A stretch of 64,000 nt of DNA from Dehalococcoidia bacterium (GTDB lineage: Bacteria > Chloroflexota > Dehalococcoidia > Lucifugimonadales > JADFKI01), in the NCBI GenBank assembly GCA_965214635.1, contig OZ243964.1, positions 2,506,691 to 2,570,690 on the forward strand. The letters are read 5' to 3'. This document shows, piece after piece, positions 37,548 to 46,635 of this stretch; within the stretch, counting starts at the first letter, position 1; each line of letters opens with the position of its first letter. A program made the position numbers and the translations under genes. The notes beneath the pieces are model-generated. The model saw only the letters and a program-made list of their open reading frames with translations. It ran no database searches and was not told the origin of the DNA.

Positions 37548-38690
37548 TTACGCCTGCTTAGAGACGAAGTCGAACTGCTCATAGTTGCCGTTGGTGGCGT
37601 AGGCGGGGTCTACGCCTAGCCAGCGGTCGGCGATTGTGGAGTATGTGCTGCGGAAGTCGTTGCTGAAGTGCAGGTCGCCCTCAAGCTGCTTGTCGTCTTC
37701 CAGCGAGGGGAACTCGCCGTACATGCCGCCCTTAACATCGCCGCCGATGACGAAGGCTACGCCGCCGGAGCCGTGGTCGGTGCCAGCGCCGTTGTCTTTG
37801 ATGCGCCTGCCGAACTCTGAGAACAGCAGCAGCAGCACATCGTTCTCCCTGCCGTGCTCGCGCATATCGTCCATGAAGTCGCCCACAGCGCCAGACACAT
37901 CCTGCCACAGCTTGGCGTGGCTAGTCAGCTCGGAGGCGTGGGTGTCGAAGCTGCCGTGCTGCGTGTAGTACACGCGGGTGCCGAGGTCGGCAGTCATTAC
38001 CTGCGCGATTGCCTTCATGTTCTGCGCGATGTCGTTGTCAGCGTACTCGATGCTGGAGCTGTAGCGCTGCGGCGCCACGCGCAGGATGTCCGCACCCTTG
38101 AGGGCGTCGGTGCCGGTCTGCGATATGAAGTTGGCGATGGCATCCTTGCCAGAGCCGCCGTACATCTGCTTGAATGCTTCTATCGCAAGGTTGCGGGCGG
38201 CTTCGTCCTTGATGTCCGGGAACAAGCCATAGGTCTCGATGTTGCCCACGGATGCCACAGGCACGCCCTTGGCATAGAGAGCACGAGGCAGGCCACGCCC
38301 GAAGTTCACACCCGTCAACACATTGTCGGCGTTGGGGTCAAGCTCGCGGATAACCTTGCCGAGCCAGCCCTCTTCGCCCACCTGCTCGCTTTCGGCGGTG
38401 TGCCACACATCCATCGAGCGGAAGTGCGAGCGGTTCGGGTTGGGGTAGCCCACGCCGTTGATGAGCGCCACCTTGCCCTCGTCCCACAGCGCCTTGATGG
38501 GGGCGAGCGTAGGGTTCAACCCCAGCTTGTCGTCCAACTTCAGCACTTCATCCTGCGGGATGTTCACGAAGGGGCGGTTGTCGTAGTAGCGTTCGTCGTT
38601 ATAGGGAATGACCGTGTTGAGCGCATCGTTGCCACCCGAGAGCTGCAACACCACAACCGTCTTGTTATGTCCGTTGCCGTTAGTCGCCAT
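37548..38690 (-). CDS. DUF1501 domain protein (sulfatase-like fold)
   Basis: ORF 37548..38717, start placed at ATG 38690 behind GAGGAGAAGGAAA. 'VVVLQLSGGNDALNTVIPY', 'GTDHGSGG'. Confidence 0.8.
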   Translation of the reverse strand: MATNGNGHNKTVVVLQLSGGNDALNTVIPYNDERYYDNRPFVNIPQDEVLKLDDKLGLNPTLAPIKALWDEGKVALINGVGYPNPNRSHFRSMDVWHTAESEQVGEEGWLGKVIRELDPNADNVLTGVNFGRGLPRALYAKGVPVASVGNIETYGLFPDIKDEAARNLAIEAFKQMYGGSGKDAIANFISQTGTDALKGADILRVAPQRYSSSIEYADNDIAQNMKAIAQVMTADLGTRVYYTQHGSFDTHASELTSHAKLWQDVSGAVGDFMDDMREHGRENDVLLLLFSEFGRRIKDNGAGTDHGSGGVAFVIGGDVKGGMYGEFPSLEDDKQLEGDLHFSNDFRSTYSTIADRWLGVDPAYATNGNYEQFDFVSKQA

Positions 38691-38958
38691 TTTCCTTCTC
38701 CTCACATAAAGCTTCACTAACGATTTTTCAGGTCATATTGTATTGGTTTGTAATCAGCGATCTTTCATGCCTAACAACCACAGACTCCACGATAGCAAGC
38801 CTATCGATTAAGGCGGTCTTTCACATTGCTGCATAGCGTTTGAGTATATGCTCAATATCTCTGATTGGATATTACTTGACACTGCATCATTCGTCAAATT
38901 GCGTCTTATGCACTCATGCACTCAAGGAAATTGTAAAAGTTCAGTTATTGACTTGCGA

Positions 38959-39978
38959 CTAATCGCTTGCGCAGCGATACACCTGTATGCGGTGGCGGTT
39001 GCTTTCGGTTACGAACAGCCGCCCCTTGCCGTCCAGTTTGACGGACATCGGCGACCAGAAGAACTTCTCGATGTGGGACGACACTTCGTGCGGGTCGTCG
39101 GCGTCGAAGAACTCTATTTCCGGCTCCAGATTGGCGCGAGAGCGGGCATCGCCTTCCTCAATGTTGATGTTCAGGAAGTTTATCGCCCACTTGGACAGGG
39201 TGGCACTGCCGCGCAAGATTTGGGCAAAGCTGCCGTCTTCGCGAAACGCCTGCACGCGCTCATTGCCCCAGTCGGCGACATACACACTCCCGTCGGCGTC
39301 CACCGCCACGCTTGCGGGCTTGACCAGCTGACCCTCGCCACGCCCTAGCTCGCCGTATGCACACACGAATGTGCCGTCAGGGGTGAAGCGCGCGATGCGG
39401 TCGTTGCCCCAGTCGGCCGCGTACACATCGCCGTTGGGCGCGACGGTGATGCCCCAGGGCATGGACAGCAGCCCCTCGCCTATGGCGGCTAGGAACACGC
39501 CGGTGGGCGAAAACTTTTGGATGCGGTTGTTGTAAGTATCGCTGACATAGATGCTGCCATCTGCGTCGAACGCAATGCCGGACGGGCCGTCCAATTCGCC
39601 CTCGCCGCTACCGTGCGTCCCCCAGCAGCGGATGAACTTTCCGTCTGCGTCGAAGGCGCTGATGCGGTGGCTATGTTCGTCGCTGATATAGATGTTGCCG
39701 TGTGCATCCTCTGCGCCGCAGGTCATCCATATGAACTGCCCATCGCCATCGCCGTATGCGCCGAATGTGCCGTAGTATTCGCTGTCCAAGTCGCACACGG
39801 TAACGCGCACACCCCTGTTCACGCCCTCCAGAGAGCGGTTGACCACATAGAGCCGCCCGTTGCTTGCCGGCACGCAGTCGGTGGGGTAGTAGAAGCCGCG
39901 CCCTTCCATTGCAGACAGCCCGATGGTGTAGTCATAGGTGAGGATGTCGGCTTTTTGCGTCTTTTGTGTAGTGGTCAT
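38959..39978 (-). CDS. NHL-repeat six-bladed beta-propeller protein
   Basis: 339 aa with repeated 'G.F..P.GIA.D..G.IYV.D..N.RIQ.F...G.F' units. Confidence 0.8.
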   Translation of the reverse strand: MTTTQKTQKADILTYDYTIGLSAMEGRGFYYPTDCVPASNGRLYVVNRSLEGVNRGVRVTVCDLDSEYYGTFGAYGDGDGQFIWMTCGAEDAHGNIYISDEHSHRISAFDADGKFIRCWGTHGSGEGELDGPSGIAFDADGSIYVSDTYNNRIQKFSPTGVFLAAIGEGLLSMPWGITVAPNGDVYAADWGNDRIARFTPDGTFVCAYGELGRGEGQLVKPASVAVDADGSVYVADWGNERVQAFREDGSFAQILRGSATLSKWAINFLNINIEEGDARSRANLEPEIEFFDADDPHEVSSHIEKFFWSPMSVKLDGKGRLFVTESNRHRIQVYRCASD

Positions 39979-40021
39979 GGGATGAGAGGCTTTCAGTCGG
40001 TCCCTATGCTCTGTTGCTGCT

Positions 40022-41461
40022 CTATGCTCGTTGGAACTCGTGAGTGGCGGCGGTTAGGCGGATGAGGCCGGCAACCTTGTCTCGGGAACGGCCGGGGCCG
40101 GTGCTGTCGGCAAAGCGCTCCAGCACCTCGCGCGTGTCATCGCTGACGCCGATAACCCCCATCTGATATAGACAGGCGTCCACTAGGCGCGCCGGCGATG
40201 TGGCGTATTCGTCGTCCATCACGGCGTCTACCATTGCGCGGACGCCGGGCATGTCCACATCGCCGAACTGCTCGGATGTGAAGTTGATGCGCTCTACCAG
40301 CGTGCCAGTGTCCACCCACTCTGTGCCCTGATGCCAACCCTCCACGCTAGGTGGGTTGTTGAGCTGCTGCCCCATGAAGACCATCTGCTCCGTTCGGTTG
40401 ATGATTTGGCGGCGCGGCCTATCGAATTCTCCGGTGAGCCGAAGCACGCCCGCCACTAGTTCGGCGGGGCTTTTCACCTTTTCGTAGCGGATGCTCTCCT
40501 CCTTGAAGAAGTCGGATGTGAACAGCGTCTGCAGCATGGCGGTGATGTCATAACCGCTGTCGAAGTATGCGTCCGCGAGCGTTTGGACGGCATCGGCGTC
40601 GCGCGGCGGTGTGTAGGGCCAGGATGGCACGGGCGGCTCATCCGCCACGAAGAAGTGGTACATGTGCCGGGCGATGAACTGCGCCGTCGCCTGCTGCTGG
40701 CAGATGATTTCCACGATGTCTTCGCCGTTGAAGTTGCCCGTCTGCCCTAAGAAGGTCTTGTCGCCCTCATCGTGGTCTTCGGCGCGATAGTCAAAGTGCC
40801 AGCTTATCCGGCCGTAGGGCCAGTCCGAGTCGCGCTCGGAGCGCAGCACCATGTACTCGGTGTTGCCGATAGTCCAGCCAGTGAAGGCGCGGGACGCCTC
40901 TTTGATGTCTGTCTCGCTGTAGCTGCCTACGCCCATGCTGAACAGCTCTAGTAGCTCGCGCCCATAGTTCTCGTTGATGGCGCCCTTGTGGTTGTCGTGA
41001 TTGTCTAGCCACACAATCATCGCCGGGTCGCGCGAGAGTTCGACGAGCAGCGTCTTGAAGTTGCCCATCCCGTGCTTGCGGAACATCCGTATCTGGTTCC
41101 ACAGCACCTTGCCGTGGATGACCTTGGGGTAGCCGGTGGCGAAGATGTTGTGCCAAAACAGCGCCATCTTCTCGCGCAGCGGGGCGTTGGTGGTAACCAT
41201 GCGATAGAGCCAGTTTTCGCCGGGAGAGCGCGGCGCCATCATACCAGACTGCTCATGGTGGTAGCGGCGAACCATGTAGTCGCCCATCCATTGCGGGTCG
41301 GTCGGGTTCAGCAGCTCCGCAAGTGCGCCATCGTAGCCCATATCGGCGTATCGCTCTATATCGGTGCGCGTTGCGCCAAAGCCGGCGCGCCGCAACAGGT
41401 GCGCTGTCAGCTCAAGGTCTCTCTTCGTCTCGACAACCATTGCGTTTCTCCTGTTAGACAC
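40022..41461 (-). CDS. DUF1800 domain protein
   Basis: 479 aa. 'TAHLLRRAGFGATRTDIERY', 'MALFWHNIFAT', 'LDNHDNHKGAINENYGRELLELFSMGVG' are characteristic of DUF1800. Confidence 0.8.
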   Translation of the reverse strand: MSNRRNAMVVETKRDLELTAHLLRRAGFGATRTDIERYADMGYDGALAELLNPTDPQWMGDYMVRRYHHEQSGMMAPRSPGENWLYRMVTTNAPLREKMALFWHNIFATGYPKVIHGKVLWNQIRMFRKHGMGNFKTLLVELSRDPAMIVWLDNHDNHKGAINENYGRELLELFSMGVGSYSETDIKEASRAFTGWTIGNTEYMVLRSERDSDWPYGRISWHFDYRAEDHDEGDKTFLGQTGNFNGEDIVEIICQQQATAQFIARHMYHFFVADEPPVPSWPYTPPRDADAVQTLADAYFDSGYDITAMLQTLFTSDFFKEESIRYEKVKSPAELVAGVLRLTGEFDRPRRQIINRTEQMVFMGQQLNNPPSVEGWHQGTEWVDTGTLVERINFTSEQFGDVDMPGVRAMVDAVMDDEYATSPARLVDACLYQMGVIGVSDDTREVLERFADSTGPGRSRDKVAGLIRLTAATHEFQRA

Positions 41462-41773
41462 GATTCGGTTGTGTGTCAGCCAGCCGGTTAGCCAGCGTAT
41501 CTTGGGGTGCGCTTGCCCCTTGTATTTTCGTCAAGGCGGCCTTTTAACGCATCCCCAAATCATCGGATTATTCTAGGGAAAGTATATCACAAGAGTTTGG
41601 TGTGTTTTCAATATATTCAGGAAAAATATGAGTGGTATGAATGCGAGGGTATTGCTTCCGCATAAACCTATGCGGTCATAGATGCTGTCTCTGTGTGGTG
41701 GTGGATGTTGCGTTAACATGGATTTAGGATTCGAACGCCTAATCGCTTGGATTGGGAGTATAATGCTAAGGAT

Positions 41774-43087
41774 ATGAGCGTGAGAAAAGGCGTCCACAGG
41801 GGCCAGCGCAATCGGCTGTACTACGGCTGGGTGATTGTGATTGTGATGGCGTGTGCCGGCGCTGTGAGTATGGCGATGGGGTCGCTGAACTTCGGGCTGT
41901 TCATCAAGCCGATGGGCGACAGCCTGATGATAGGGCGCTCGTGGTTCGGTTGGGCGCAGACGGCGCGTCAGCTTTCCAGCTCGGTTACCAGCCCTGCCGT
42001 CGGCTGGCTCATCGACCGCTACGGCTCGCGGGTGATGCTGCCGGCGTCTGCGCTGGTAACGGGCGGCGCGATGATTGCGCTTGCGTTCATGACCGACGCT
42101 TGGCACTTGGTTGCGCTCTACGCCGTAATGGGGCTTGTCGGGATGAGCGGGCCGGGCGCGCTGGTAACATCCGTTCCCGTGCTGAAATGGTTCGTGCGGG
42201 AGCGTGGGCGCGCCATATCCTACATGGCGCTGGGCATCCCCATCGGCGCTGTGGTGTTTGTGCCGCTCACGCAGGTGTTTATCGACCGCTGGGGCTGGGA
42301 AATGGCGTGGATAATCCTCGCCTGCATCGGCATCGGCGTCATTGTGCCAATGTCTGCCATATTTGTGCGCCGACAACCGGAGGACATGGGCTTGCTGCCG
42401 GACGGGGACGAGCCGGGCGCTCCTGCTGACGGCGTGGACGCGCAGGCAGATGCGCCTGACGCTGCGCAGGACGAAGTGTCCTGGACCGTGGGCGAGTCGG
42501 TTCGGACGCCGGCGTTTTGGGGGCTTGTGGTGGTGTTCACGATGGTGTCGCTGGCGGTGGGGACGGTCGCTGTGCATCGCATAGCGGACTTTGCGGACAG
42601 GGGCTTTGACACCACGCTGATTTCGTATGCGACGGCGTTTGACGCTGTGTGCGCTGGTGTGGCGACATTTGCGTTTGGGATGCTGGTGCGGGTGCTGCCG
42701 GCGCGGGTGCTGGGCGGCGTCGGCTTTTCCCTGCTGGCAATCGCAAGTGTCATGACCATCTATGCTGCGGACAACCTGATTATGTTCAGCTCTATGGCGG
42801 TGTTCGGCTTGGGCATAGGCGGGATGATGTTCTTGCAGAACTTCATCTGGGCAGACTACTTCGGGCGCGAGTTCGTGGGCAGCATACGGGGCATCGCCAC
42901 GCCAATCAACCTGACGGTCGGGGGCATCGGTGCGCCGCTCGCGGGGTATGTGCACGAGTGGACGGGTTCGTACAGCATAATGTGGTGGGTGGGCGTATGT
43001 CTGATGGTGTGCTCTACGCTGCTGCTGCTGGCAACGCCGCCGCCGGTCAAGCGAACGGCACGGGCGAGCGATACCCTGCACCGCTGA
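41774..43087 (+). CDS. MFS transporter
   Basis: ORF 41747..43087, start placed at ATG 41774. About 12 TM with a central loop 'PEDMGLLPDGDEPGAP' like the MFS at 20464-21849. The 508-aa antisense ORF is rejected. Confidence 0.85.
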   Translation: MSVRKGVHRGQRNRLYYGWVIVIVMACAGAVSMAMGSLNFGLFIKPMGDSLMIGRSWFGWAQTARQLSSSVTSPAVGWLIDRYGSRVMLPASALVTGGAMIALAFMTDAWHLVALYAVMGLVGMSGPGALVTSVPVLKWFVRERGRAISYMALGIPIGAVVFVPLTQVFIDRWGWEMAWIILACIGIGVIVPMSAIFVRRQPEDMGLLPDGDEPGAPADGVDAQADAPDAAQDEVSWTVGESVRTPAFWGLVVVFTMVSLAVGTVAVHRIADFADRGFDTTLISYATAFDAVCAGVATFAFGMLVRVLPARVLGGVGFSLLAIASVMTIYAADNLIMFSSMAVFGLGIGGMMFLQNFIWADYFGREFVGSIRGIATPINLTVGGIGAPLAGYVHEWTGSYSIMWWVGVCLMVCSTLLLLATPPPVKRTARASDTLHR

Positions 43088-43205
43088 TACGGCTTTCACA
43101 CGCTTCGTCTAGTCCATCTAGCAAGTGTCGCGCACACAGGCGGTTCACACTGCGGCATATGTGGCAACTTGGCTGATAACTCGAGGCGACCAGCCTGTTC
43201 GGGCA

Positions 43206-43868
43206 TCACGATGTTGGGAATGCCAAGATGGTCAGGTCGCTGAACTCGGTGGTGTCGGCGGCGAGGGATGCGAGCGTGTGCGTTGCCACGCTTTCGCCGT
43301 CGAGGGTGAGGCGTTGCAGCACAACCACAGGCGTACTAGGCGCTGCGCCGTCGGCGAGCAGCCTTGTGGCGATGGCGGTAGGCATCAGGTCGTATGGGCG
43401 CGGCAATGCGATAACGCTGCGCCGCCGCTGCCCTATGAGCAGCTCGGACAGCTCGGCTAACCCTTCTTCGTGGCCGTCCCGCGCATGCAGGGTGATGAAC
43501 ACCGACGCCTCCATCGCCAAGCCTAGCCGCGCGCATGCCACCTGCACCGAGCTGATGCCGGGTATAAGCTCCACATCCGCAAGGCGGCGCACTCGGTCTA
43601 GCAGCTCCTTTGCAGAGAAGTTAAGGTCGCCCCAAGCACAGACCACGCAGCGTTTGCCATCGTTCGCATGCGCCGCCAAGCGTTCCAGAACCTGCACTTG
43701 GTTGCGGTATCGCATCGCTAGCGCCTCGCCCGCAATCCATCGACGGACGGGCTGCAGCACGGTCTCGAATCCTGCTACATAGTCGGCGCTGCGTATGGCG
43801 TCCCGCGCCTTGAGCGTCAGTAGCTCGGGGTCGCCGGGGCCAACGCCCACGATGGTTATCTTTGCCAT
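43206..43868 (-). CDS. cbiE: tetrapyrrole methylase, CbiE-like (precorrin-6Y/cobalt-precorrin-7 C5-methyltransferase type)
   Basis: 220 aa. 'ITIVGVGPGDPELLTLKARDAIRSADYVAG', 'IPGISSVQVACARLGL', 'ITLHAR'. Confidence 0.6.
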   Translation of the reverse strand: MAKITIVGVGPGDPELLTLKARDAIRSADYVAGFETVLQPVRRWIAGEALAMRYRNQVQVLERLAAHANDGKRCVVCAWGDLNFSAKELLDRVRRLADVELIPGISSVQVACARLGLAMEASVFITLHARDGHEEGLAELSELLIGQRRRSVIALPRPYDLMPTAIATRLLADGAAPSTPVVVLQRLTLDGESVATHTLASLAADTTEFSDLTILAFPTS

Positions 43869-43928
43869 ATTCCGTATCTCCTATGCCGATGTTTTCGGCT
43901 TTTGGTGTTTGCAAGCCTATGCCTAGAA

Positions 43929-44963
43929 TTACGATGGGCTGTCGTTTTCTATGGGCGTTACGCCGCCGCCGATGATTCTGCGGTTGTGGATGCGCTTCAA
44001 GCCGGGCAGGCGTTGTCGGGCGCGCGCTGCGATGTGGGCGGCTAACGCCTCGTCATCGGGGAGCAGGATGCCCACCACACTGCCGCTGTGCGCTGCGTTC
44101 ACGCCGAGTGCGCCCTGCTCGCGGGCAAAGCGCATCACGGCGTCCAATTGGGGCTTGTACAGCAGGTGCTGGTTGGCGATGGCGCTGATGGTTGCGCCCG
44201 CACCGATTTCGGCGGCGCTGCCGCTGCGTATGCCCGTCTTGATGAGCGCAAGCGCATCCTCGAATGAGGGACGCAGCCGCCGAAGTTTTGTGTCGTGGTT
44301 AACGCTGTTGAACGCTACGGTGTCCACTTTGCCCCCAAAGTCTAGAATGATGGCGCGCATCGGAGGGGCGTCGCCGAGTGTTTGCGCTGTGCTGCCTCGC
44401 TTGTGGTCGAAGAGGGTGATGCCCGGCAGCATAACGCCGTCGCTTGGTTCGACTTGCAGGGCGATACGGGCGATGCGGTCGGCTGTCATTTCGTCCGACG
44501 CTCGCAGCGCTATGGCAGTGGCTTTGATGGCTGCTGCCACATCCGCCGTGCTGCTCGCCATTCCCTTGCCGCGCGGCAGTGGGCTGCACAGCCGCACACA
44601 TGCGTCCACATCGCGGCGGTTCAGGTGCGCCAGCGTCAGTTCCACGGCGCGGTGCGTCTTGGATGCGCCCGACGGGGCATGAACGCGCCCTGTCCCGGGG
44701 ACAAGATCCACCGTTGCTGTGGAGTACATATCTATGGGACAGGTTACGAGGTAGTGTGCGCCGTCGAGCATCCCCTGCGCCAATTCGCCGCAGGTGCCGG
44801 GCGCACGGGTGGTGGCGCGCGATATGATGGCAGGCGTGCTGTCGTTGATGTTCGTGGTTCTGCCTAGTGTGAGCGGCATTTCTGTTTGGGCAAGTGGCGC
44901 GGGGCAAGATGCCTGTGCGCCAAAGTTTAGGTTTTGGTGTGGGCACAAGTTTATATCATACAT
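43929..44963 (-). CDS. pduX: GHMP-family kinase, PduX-like L-threonine kinase
   Basis: 'GTCGELAQGMLDGAHYLVTCPIDMYS' resembles the PduX N-terminus, and the GHMP motif 'PRGKGMASSTADVAA' is present. The ATG overlaps the cobU stop. An internal start (MPLTLG) is possible. Confidence 0.6.
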   Translation of the reverse strand: MYDINLCPHQNLNFGAQASCPAPLAQTEMPLTLGRTTNINDSTPAIISRATTRAPGTCGELAQGMLDGAHYLVTCPIDMYSTATVDLVPGTGRVHAPSGASKTHRAVELTLAHLNRRDVDACVRLCSPLPRGKGMASSTADVAAAIKATAIALRASDEMTADRIARIALQVEPSDGVMLPGITLFDHKRGSTAQTLGDAPPMRAIILDFGGKVDTVAFNSVNHDTKLRRLRPSFEDALALIKTGIRSGSAAEIGAGATISAIANQHLLYKPQLDAVMRFAREQGALGVNAAHSGSVVGILLPDDEALAAHIAARARQRLPGLKRIHNRRIIGGGVTPIENDSPS

Positions 44964-45543
44964 AAGTTTCTGATTGGAGGGCTTTCAGGTCGATGGGGAT
45001 GCCGGCTGTTAACAGATAGACCTTGTCGGCGTGGGATGCGACTAGGGCGTTGATGCGCCCCAGCGTGTCGCGGTAGGCGCGCCCTAGTGTGGATGGCGGG
45101 ACTACGCCAAGCCCAACCTCATTGGTAACGATTAGCCAGCGGGGGCTGCTTAGGGCACAGGCGTCCAGCAATTCTTGGGCGGCGGCGATTGCGGCGCGCT
45201 CAGCGTTGGCAAGTGCTAGGGAATCTTCGCCATCGACGGCGTGATGCAGCAGGATGTTGCTCGTCCAAATCGTGAGGCAGTCCACGAGGACGGTGTCATA
45301 TGGCGGTTCAGCGGCAGCCAGCTCCGCAGCGATGGCATCAGGTAGGTTGAGCGGCTCTTCGAGGGTGCGCCACGATTGGGGGCGGCTACGGCGGTGAGCA
45401 GCGATGCGGCGCTCCATGTCCTCGTCTAGCGGCTCGGCAGTGGCAACGAACAGGACGCGTGCGCCACTCTTTGCCAGCCGCTCTGCGAAGGCGCTCTTGC
45501 CGGAGCGCGCCCCGCCCGTTATCAGCACGATTTCGGACGCCAT
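44956..45543 (-). CDS. cobU: adenosylcobinamide kinase / adenosylcobinamide-phosphate guanylyltransferase
   Basis: 195 aa. P-loop 'LITGGARSGKSAFAE', 'LVDCLTIWTSN', 'IVTNEVGLGVVP'. SD GGAGGTG upstream. Confidence 0.9.
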   Translation of the reverse strand: MASEIVLITGGARSGKSAFAERLAKSGARVLFVATAEPLDEDMERRIAAHRRSRPQSWRTLEEPLNLPDAIAAELAAAEPPYDTVLVDCLTIWTSNILLHHAVDGEDSLALANAERAAIAAAQELLDACALSSPRWLIVTNEVGLGVVPPSTLGRAYRDTLGRINALVASHADKVYLLTAGIPIDLKALQSETYV

Positions 45544-45588
45544 AGGTTACACCTCCGTGCGGCTCTGGGATGCGGGTAGCGTTTCCAT

Positions 45589-46473
45589 TCAGGTGGTCGA
45601 AGACAGAAGCCCCCTGCGTTGCAGTAGTACCAACAGGTTGTGAGGCGTCCACGCTGTGCCCATTCGCTCCCGACGCCTTATCTCTCGCTGAAACCGCTCC
45701 AACCGAGATGTGGTCTTGTATCTAAACTGACCAGTACCCAGATGCGCCAATCCCTTAACCAGCGCCTTCTTGCACCACATCAACCCACGACCACCCGTCA
45801 ACTTCACTATCCGAGAAGCCAATTTCCTTGCCTCAGACAAGTCTTCTGACATCAGCAACTCTTTGGCTTCGTCCCAGCCCACCTCGCCTACCTTGCGCCT
45901 GTACTCCCGAAGCAGATGGAACTGGCATAGCTGATGGGCTGTGCCTCTGCCATAGACCATTCCTATGGCCTCTGCTATCGCTCTGTCCCCATCGCTCACT
46001 AGGTGGGCAGGCTGCCTTACTCCTCGCTTATAGGCTTCGGTCAGCGTGTCTTCCCAACTCCCGAACGACGCCATTACACCGCCTTTGTCATCCCGGAACA
46101 CCTTCAATTCCTGCTTCCCACGACGAACACCCACCCACACTCCATCCATCTCCGCCACATCACCTTTCAGCTCAGGTCGCTCCAACTTCTCCTGCTTGAT
46201 CCACTTGCACAAGGTGCTCTTGGCGAACCCATACATCTCTCCAACCTTGGCGTAACTCAACCCCATCGCCGCCAGTCTCACCGCCTCTTCGCGCGTTTTT
46301 TTGAGTACGACTTGCGGCGCTCCACATCGCCCACTAGCTCCATACCGCTCTGCATATCTCCGCACTTCCCGCATCTGAACACGGGCATTGCCAAGTTCAC
46401 TGCGCCATACTTGGTGATGAGTGTGCGACGATAGCTGTGATGGCGTGCCATCGCTAGGTCGCAGGCTTTGCAC
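45589..46473 (-). CDS. IS transposase HTH + DDE part, -1 frame
   Basis: 'MGLSYAKVGEMYGFAKSTLCKWIK' (HTH), 'EMDGVWV', 'LVSDGDRAIAEAI....HQLCQFHLLREY', 'TSRLERFQREIRRRERMG' resemble IS256/MULE-type transposase motifs. Confidence 0.7.
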   Translation of the reverse strand: MQSLRPSDGTPSQLSSHTHHQVWRSELGNARVQMREVRRYAERYGASGRCGAPQVVLKKTREEAVRLAAMGLSYAKVGEMYGFAKSTLCKWIKQEKLERPELKGDVAEMDGVWVGVRRGKQELKVFRDDKGGVMASFGSWEDTLTEAYKRGVRQPAHLVSDGDRAIAEAIGMVYGRGTAHQLCQFHLLREYRRKVGEVGWDEAKELLMSEDLSEARKLASRIVKLTGGRGLMWCKKALVKGLAHLGTGQFRYKTTSRLERFQREIRRRERMGTAWTPHNLLVLLQRRGLLSSTT

Positions 46474-46571
46474 ATCGGCTTGTAGAGCATCAGCGCATCT
46501 TGAAGTGTGTCTTGTATTTCCTGTGTAACGGTCTTTTCTGCTTGCTCTTCCAGTCGGTATAGCATACCCAT
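46278..46571 (-). CDS. IS transposase N-terminal part (zinc ribbon), frame 0
   Basis: 97 aa, 'CKACDL....CGKCGD'. It ends shortly after an A7 run. GGGGG RBS before the ATG. Confidence 0.7.
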   Translation of the reverse strand: MGMLYRLEEQAEKTVTQEIQDTLQDALMLYKPMCKACDLAMARHHSYRRTLITKYGAVNLAMPVFRCGKCGDMQSGMELVGDVERRKSYSKKRAKRR

Positions 46572-46635
46572 TCGGTTACCCCCTCTGATGATGGCTTATG
46601 CCTCATTCTACAACTCGACCACCTGAATGGAAACG

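Noticed and set aside
41724-41742. tRNA T-arm-like sequence (minus strand TTAGG-CGTTCGAAT-CCTAA)
   Set aside because: The loop is 9 nt rather than 7. No acceptor, D or anticodon arms can be built from the flanks, one of which is already MFS coding sequence. At most it is a tRNA-fragment relic.
41573-43099. 508-aa ORF on the minus strand, the third-longest ORF of the region
   Set aside because: It lies exactly antisense to a well-formed MFS transporter. Its translation is R/H/P-rich low complexity (…RRRRCQQQQRRAHHQTYAHPPHY…), typical of antisense frames in GC-rich DNA.
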